A stretch of DNA of 64,000 nucleotides from positions 496,001-560,000 of the forward strand of contig CBFDEM010000037.1 in assembly GCA_965603825.1 (NCBI GenBank), given 5' to 3'. Shown piece after piece: positions 56,747 through 64,000 of this stretch. The notes under the pieces were generated by a model that saw nothing but the letters and a program-made list of their open reading frames with translations, searched no databases and was not told the origin of the DNA. Position numbers and translations under genes: made by a program. Origin of the DNA: Blepharisma stoltei ATCC 30299. Taxonomy: Eukaryota; Protista; Ciliophora. The first letter of the stretch is position 1; every line of letters starts with the position of its first letter.

Positions 56747-57718
56747 TTAAAGATCTACCATTTTTGGAATTTCTTCTCTAGGAATTTTCTTGTTCAATAT
56801 ATCCCAATCAAATAGGTCTGGAATCTTTGATGGAATAGGGAAATATTCTAATATTTCTTCAAAATAAGGATGTTGCAGACATTTTTCGGCGTCTCATCTT
56901 TTTAATGGGTTAAAAGCAAGCATTTTGTTAAGCAAATCTATCAATAATTTATCATCATGCTCTATTATATTTTGGCTTTCCGATGCTTGTAAAGATGATA
57001 ATTTTTTAAAATATTTATCCTCAACAAAAAACATATCATCTTCATTTGGCTTCCCTATTTTGCAAATAATTCCGATTAAAGTACTGAAAAGGCTTCTCTT
57101 TAAAAGAACTGATTTCCTCCTGGCTACAAGTTCATATAATAGTCATCCGCAGCTTCAAATATCAGCTTTCCCTGTTATAGCTGGGGCCTTACAGATTATT
57201 TCTGGAGCACAAATTGTTCAATCTGTAATAATATCATTATATTCTTTGTTTATTTCTGTGGCAAATCAAAAGTCTGCAAATTTCACATCACAATCTTCAT
57301 TAATCCAAATTGCTTGTGGGCAAATATGATTATGCACAATCCCAGCTGAATGCAAAGCATATAATCCTTGTAAAACTTGATAAATAATAAGCTTAAAATC
57401 ATTATTTTCCAAAGGGCAGTTAGAATATATAACTTCGTGTAAATCGCATAGTAAATATTCTGTCACCAAAAAGTATTTTTCATTTTTGTAATGTATACTG
57501 AAGCGATTCAATATATTTTCATGATCTAAATGCCTCATGATTTCTATGCATTTGAGCTGTTTTCTAGGATAATCTTCAGATAAAAGATTTATCTCTTCAA
57601 TAGCTGCTATATTGCCATTTTCCTTATTTCGAGCTTTGGTTCTTGGATACAAAAAGGTATTTCGCAAATAATCATTAAGTATGTCGTAACTTTTTCCATT
57701 ACAAAAATCAATTTGCAT
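56747..57718 (-). CDS. MAPK-like pseudokinase (323 aa)
   Basis: HLDHENI, YQVLQGLYALHSAGIVH, APE, DIWSCG, DLLNKMLAFNPLKR, CLQHPYF; five TGA; catalytic motifs altered. Confidence 0.85.
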
Positions 57719-57855
57719 TTTATAAAAGATAATTTTATTTAAAAGAGATATTAAAATTTGCAAATATATATCTCTCCCGAGAGATCTATAAATATTATTA
57801 TTTTAATTGAAAACCTTACTCCTTTATTACTATTTTAGCTAATCGTTATATTAAC

Positions 57856-58590
57856 CTACACACCAGTCCCTGCAAACTCTGAAATTCCAAGCTTTGGGAA
57901 AAGCCAAAAATTCGCAAAAATAATTCCCCCTACAATCACTATCATATGAACTATATTAAAATATCTCAGCCAGCCAAAATTGCTATAAGCTCTTCTGAAT
58001 TTATCGTTATAAACCATAAAAATGACCACTCCACTTTTCCCAGCCCTTCCTTTCAGCATCTGAATTTGTGCTTCTTTTAACCCAACAGTACTCAATGCAG
58101 AAATTGGCAACTCATAATATGCATTCATTAATCCGGCTTGTCTGCATATTTCTGGGTCAAAAATCATGTACTGAAATGGGTTCTTGCTGATTTTTGCATT
58201 TAAATTATGGATTTTTCTCTGTTTTTCATAGAATAAAAGTATAATAAACCAAATAGTAAAATCAATTATGTTCAAATACGGAATTATTCCTATAGCAAAG
58301 CTTGCTAAAAATGACAGCACTAAGAAAAGGCAGTTTGAGTCTGCACGAATCCTGGTAAACCACCTCAGCATTCAAGCTTTATAAAATCAATTATTTGTGA
58401 GTTTTTCATAATGACCATTCTCATTGGTGCGATTGCATTTAGCATTAAATTGTTTTATGGCATGATTGTATACTTCAATAGGGTCTTCTGAAGGGATATT
58501 CACTTTGCTTCCTGAGTCACTGCCTCCAGTTCCTTTAAGATTCTGAAAGAATGCTTCTTTCAACAGCTTAGTCGACATTACAGCAGCCAT
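57856..58590 (-). CDS. Hypothetical multi-pass membrane protein (244 aa)
   Basis: ORFs joined through TGA 58387 and 58372; three hydrophobic segments. Confidence 0.75.
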
Positions 58591-58740
58591 TTTATAATAT
58601 ATTTCATTATCTTTTATCTTGTTCCTGATTAATTTATCTCCTCTTTACATATATATTTACTTACATTTTTCATCCAAAAATCTTTTATGATGGAAGTTTC
58701 TTTTCATCAGTTATTTATCCTAATTTTCCTTATAATTTAA

Positions 58741-61287
58741 ATGTTCGAACATGGTATTCTTCGTATTCCAGGCGCCCGGCCTTTCCGCAGGTCTTCTAAG
58801 CATGATATCCAGATGCGAGAACAATCTTGGGACAGCCGATTTCATCTAGATAAACTTCCTGATTATGATGCAAATAAAGATCGGCACATACAAGTTCATT
58901 TAGGCGTGACAAAAAGGAAAAAAATTATTGCAGCACCAGGAAAAATAAGGAAAGCTAATGATATTCCGAATAGAGTCCCCAAATCTGCTTCAAATAAAGG
59001 AATTGGGGTAGGCAAACCGCCAGTATTGAAGGGACAGATCTTTAAAAAACTAACTGATAATTTAGTAGAACTGTGGGAAGAAAAAGGTGTGCCTGAGTAC
59101 CAGCAAAGATTATTTTTATCAGCTATTGAAAATCTACCAGCAAAACAAAAAGCAAACAAGATGGTTAAAGAAATTGATGAAACAAATAGTAATAAAAGCG
59201 TCCTTATACACGCAATTAAGACGATAAATGCAAGAGAGCAAGCTTTATTAGAGCTGAAAAAATTGACCCAAAAAGACAGAAACTCGATTTCCAGACAAGA
59301 ATTAGCTGACAAATTGTCAAATTTAAGAACACTTTCGCTGAATGCTGTGGAGCTGATACAAAACTGGAGAGAAAAATTATCAAATTTAAGCCAGAATATG
59401 TCGCTATCAAAAACCCAGTTTCTTATAAATGATGAGAATTATTTGATAAAAATGAAAACTGATACTATTTATCTTGCAGACACAATTATTGCTGACTTAA
59501 TTTACATTTCTAATAAATCAGACCCATTTTTCGTATATGCAAGCTCTGTGAGTTTGGGAAAAATAAAATCTCCAAGAAAATTGGAACTTCCAATAGCAAA
59601 TTCTTTACTTAGTAGGATAAGAAAATGTGAAATGATTCTATTAGAAGAAGGGGTGTCCGCTGCGCCTGTTCGAGAAACTTTATTTGACTTACGAAATAAA
59701 TCTCATGCTTTTAATAATGATCCGCCTCAAGTAAATTCAGACAAAGAAAATGAAGACTCTAAAAGCTCAAGAAGAAGTTCTTCCTGAGGCCGAAATAAAT
59801 CCAACAGATCTTTATTCTCAAGAGACAACAGCTGTAATGCATCTCCAGAAGAGTCAAAAATACACATTTTACCACCAGAAACGCCTGTAAATATAGAGCC
59901 ACAGCCCTTGGTAACTGAAAGGCTTTTTATTGAGTCTTTATCTGGAAACAACATAGAACAACAAATTGCGGAATATTCTAATAAAGTCCCTGAAAGCCTA
60001 AAAGAAGCATTAGGAAAGCCTGAAAACGCGTATGTCCTTTCCCAAACTTTAAGATTTCCAGCATATCTCTGGATAAGACAGCATCAAAATATCATAGGGT
60101 TTGTGATACTAAATTTAGAAAACCAAAAATCAGTACAAAAAAGGCTTATGATTTCACACATCTCAGCAGAATCTCTGCAAGCTTTTGGGGAAATTTTAAA
60201 TATGATGGTAGGGTATATTTGGGAAAACTACCCATGCATTGAAATTAGAAGTGGGATAATTTCAAAAGTCAATGAACAAGGGAAATATGAGGCTGATAAG
60301 TCAATTAAGGAGCATTTTGATAAATTGGGGTTTAGGTGGAAACAAATGATTTATACTGGAGATAAAACCCCACTGCAGTTGCTAGGGCTAAGAAGACCTG
60401 AAACTGCTCCATGCGATGAAAATTTGCCAGCAAAGCAGCTTTTTGGAGACTCTATAGAGCTTGCATATGGCTGTGCTGCACAAATTTCAAACAATTCCAG
60501 GACAATTCCTACCCATAGTCCTTATTTCAGCTTAATCGGGATTTCTTGCGCACTTCGTGCGCTAGGTCAATTTTCATCAGAATCTGACCTTGGCCACAAA
60601 GTCCAAGACCTAATCGGGAAAATGCAAGCATCATGGGTGCCTCCTGCTTTCAGATTTCGCAAAGAAAAATATGACGGCGCCTTAAACGACCTCCGATCTA
60701 TAGGACTTACCTTATCAGATTTCAAAGACGACTCAGAAACCTCCGTTTCATGTTCAGCATTAGGCCTTTCCTGGTCCAAATCTATGACAACAATAATTAA
60801 TGGGATTTCATATACCCGCATCTATCAAACCCAAATAAATATTATGAAATCTGATGATTTATTAGCATATATAGTACCCACAGAAGACCCAAATTTTAGT
60901 GCATTTTTTATCCCTTGTTCAGAAAGTAACGGATCTATGGCTTTTAATTACGCAAAAGAAGTTTTGTCACGGATAACCAAAGTGGAGGACGTTAAAGAAG
61001 AAATATGGATTCCTGCGTTTTCTATTGTGGATGAAAATAAGCTTGGCGAGCTCATCAACTCAAAAGTGGCTGATTTTTCCATATCTTCCTGCAGTGAAAT
61101 TGTAAATTTGAAGTTTTTAGCCCCTCTGCATCCTCAAGGATCTATTATTATCCATCCAGATCCAAATGCTTTAGTATTAGAAGACAGTTTTATTTTTGGA
61201 ATCATGCATAGCAAAATTGATGAAATGCTCGAAGTTCCATTCTTCGTCACTTTTGTAAGCCGAAGCGACTTTTCTAAAGCATTTTAA
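58741..61287 (+). CDS. Hypothetical 848-aa multidomain protein (helical N-terminus, GNAT-like middle, possible serpin-like C-terminus)
   Basis: ORFs joined through TGA 59785 with no TAA/TAG between. Confidence 0.75.
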
Positions 61288-61298
61288 CATATTAATTA

Positions 61299-61676
61299 TT
61301 AATTGATGAAATTTCCTAAAACTCCGCCTAATGTCACTTGCCTCTTTTTTGGCGAAAAATTAGTAAATAATTTTTCTTTCTTATGGGGAGATTTTGAAAA
61401 AAATTTTTGGTTTGTTGTAATGAATTCGCCTATTTGAGGAAGCGTGGTTCTTGTGATTGAAGAACTTCTGTGCTTTTTTAAGTAATTTATGCTGGATTCG
61501 TCATATCTTCATCCGTTTTCTTCTCATCTGTTAGGGACAATTGTTTTAAATTCATTCGTAATGCTATTGGAGTTATTGTATCTTGTAATTTCTATCGATC
61601 TTCTAAGCTTATGAGGGGGAATTGTTTCTTTTGCCCAAGTCCAGCCATTAGGAGACCATACAGAAGGTGTATACAT
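61299..61676 (-). CDS. Hypothetical basic 125-aa protein, absent from ORF track
   Basis: MYTPSVWSPNGWTW..PNRWEENGWRY..GEFITTNQKFF..LGNFIN*; two TGA; fills the gap between its neighbours almost exactly. Confidence 0.75.
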
Positions 61677-61683
61677 ATTTAAA

Positions 61684-63435
61684 ATGGATGGAAATTCCTA
61701 TTTTTTGATATTGTTTTCCCTTACTTTTTTATATGGATTTTCACTAGCTTATGCAATGACGAGGATTTACAAGCTACACAAATTTTGTTCAGATTGGAGA
61801 TATACGAAGTTATTTTATGTTTCTATTGCTGTACAAGTTCTGATTAGATTATGCACTTTTGCGTTTATGACTTGGGCTTTACCAGGAAGTATTGAAGGAA
61901 AAAAGGTGTTTTTTCTATTAATTTCGATACCTGATGCGGTGTTTTTAGTGAGTTATTTTTTATTATTCTTACAAATGATTAGGGTGTTTTATTTCAGCCA
62001 TATGGAAAATGATTTGCAGATGAGCCTATTAGTACATTTCACCAAGCCAAGGCATTTCAGTGCTACAAAAATATTAGGAGTTTTAACAATAATTTGGCTA
62101 TTAGTAGAATCAGGACTATATGTACTGTATTTTAAAGGGATAGTAAGAAATGAAGATATTCAATTCGAGCTGAGCTCAGTCAATTTACTATGTTCAATGT
62201 TTGTTTTTATTTTTTTGATATTTTTACATATAAATTACTCCTCAACTCCTTTTAAATCAAATACGGCTCGTGATAAGCTGCAAAGGATTACTTCAATTAT
62301 GTTTTTATGGACAATTGCTAGATACATAAAAGGGTTTTATGAAATTTTTGTAACAATTGAGCCTAATATTTTTATCAGAAATATTCATGAAATTGAAAAA
62401 GCGACACTTATACAAGCATGCTCACTAGTGTGTATGCTGATTTTGTGTGAGATTATTTGTTATATTACGGTGCTGGACTATTCGTTTATGGCAATATTTT
62501 TATTTCCAGATGATGAAGTAATTCAGCATGCTGGACTTTTTGATCACCATGGGAATGTGATAACTGAAGAAGATGAAGAAAGATCTTTATATCAGCCAAG
62601 AAGAAGTATAAGTGAAACTCCTAACCTTTTAATGGACTTTAATGATATCACAATTATATCATCCCTTGCAAATAAAAGCCAAGGCTTAGGCGAACTCTTC
62701 AAAGCTACATATAAAGGAAAAGATATTTTATATCGAAAAATAGAATTTCCCAGAATGAGTGGCTCAGTGCTAGAAGAAATAAATGCTGATATCGCCGCTA
62801 TGAAAGCATTAGATAACTCCATTTTAGTCCCATTCTACGGTGCTTGTTTTACTCTCCCAGCAATAGGAATCTCCACTCTTTATATGAAAGGTGGCTCTCT
62901 ATTCTCATATTTACATGAATCTGCCCGGATTCTTGATATAAAAGAAAAAATAAAGCTCATATCAATCATCGCAAGAGGACTGAGGGACCTTCACTCACAA
63001 AATAAAATCCATGGCCATTTATCCTCACACAACATTTTACTTGACGAACAAAATGAGCCAAAAATCGCCGATTTAGGACTAGAAAAAGTAAAAAAATACG
63101 CTGGAGCTGTCTTAGGATATGAAAATAAAAACGCATGAAGCAGCCCACAGATATTTAGGGAGCCTTATAAAACAATAATAAAAGCACAAAGTACAGATGA
63201 TGTGTATAGCTTTGGGGTCATTATATGGGAAATTATGACCCAGCAGATACCTCATGATGGAAAAACATTAAAAATTTTACAACAAAGTGTAGGATTAGAA
63301 GGAAATATTCTTCCTATACCAAATAATTTGCAGCCTGAAATAGTAAGACTATTAAGAGGATGCTGGGAATTTGAGCCTGAAAAAAGACCTGATTTTAGAC
63401 ATATATCAGTGACACTTTCAGGGCTATTAGTTTAA
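61684..63435 (+). CDS. 7-TM (TOM1/THH1 or GPCR-like) domain fused to a TKL-type pseudokinase (583 aa)
   Basis: Seven hydrophobic segments, then HGHLSSHNILL, KIADLGL, W(TGA 63136)SSPQ, DVYSFGVIIWE, CW..PEKRP. Confidence 0.85.
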
Positions 63436-63446
63436 TTGTGAAATAA

Positions 63447-64000
63447 TTATAAAATTTGAAAAGAATTTAATAAATTTGTATATGTGTCTTGTATGCAAGA
63501 CTGGTAGTATTGGGTTAGCTCTAGGTCATGAAAAGTGTATGATAAACTGTCATTTTGTACCAAAATTTTTAAAAGAGCTATAATTCTTGGTGACATAAAA
63601 GTATAAACGTGCTCATTTTCAAATCGAGCTTGGAATGGATATTCTTTAAGTACTTGTATGGACTGATGAAATAGGATTATTATTAAAATTTCTAGCTTAA
63701 AAACTTGAGATTTGTCAATATTTCTAGTTATTTCTTGGTAAGAAGTTCATGGAGACGTTGGAGATACTGTTAATTTTGTAATATAAAAAAGATGTGACAG
63801 AATTTGTGGAATTTTTGAGTTGTCCATAATTTCTTCATTTTGGGAATTTGTCTTGAATGCTGAATTAATAGGTTTTTATCATGATTATCCAAAATTTTAA
63901 ATTCTTGATCTTTATACATGCAGAGCATAAGCCTAACTGTATGATTTCCTACTCTATTAGACAGTCTATTAAGTTTGGATCATTCATTTGGTATAATATT
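63447..64000 (-). CDS. 3' part of an unknown gene with an apparent 1-nt frameshift near 63832
   Basis: One frame is open from 64000 to about 63770; an overlapping frame is open from 63875 to TAA 63447 (internal ATG 63827). Confidence 0.5.

Noticed and set aside
61529-61536. Single CCCTAACA telomere-like unit on the minus strand
   Set aside because: One copy inside a coding frame; no tract.
1-64000. TGA as selenocysteine or pseudogene stops; mitochondrial or Mycoplasma origin
   Set aside because: TGA aligns with Trp rather than catalytic Cys, and the genes are nuclear eukaryotic with spliceosomal introns.

Overview
AT-rich, very gene-dense eukaryotic DNA. It reads as a heterotrich ciliate macronuclear chromosome segment, most likely Blepharisma or a close relative (inferred from the code and the introns, not from a search). 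In-frame TGA encodes Trp, TAA/TAG are stops, and the introns found are 15-nt GT..AG. Many ORFs in the supplied track are therefore fragments of longer genes. Re-read with TGA=Trp, the window holds about 40 protein genes plus several pseudogenes and relics. These include RPS15, MBF1, a Bfr1-like protein, a signal-peptide Fe/Mn-SOD, aminopeptidase N, a STIL-like centriole protein, PP2A B' (an intact copy plus a dead tandem copy), cyclin, guanylate kinase, RPN13, a 53-aa CSN9/CSNAP missed by the ORF track, three F-box-like paralogs, a 2468-aa GRIP golgin and two pseudokinases. The most notable observations are: (1) one TGA that probably acts as a stop near a transcript end although TGA is Trp elsewhere; (2) divergent gene pairs whose ATGs are only 7 and 9 nt apart; (3) strong gene-specific TGG/TGA bias; (4) a sphingomyelinase whose saposin domain has no upstream ATG. 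No tRNA, rRNA, CRISPR array, telomere tract or intact transposon was seen. All translations were done by hand and family calls come from remembered motifs, not searches.
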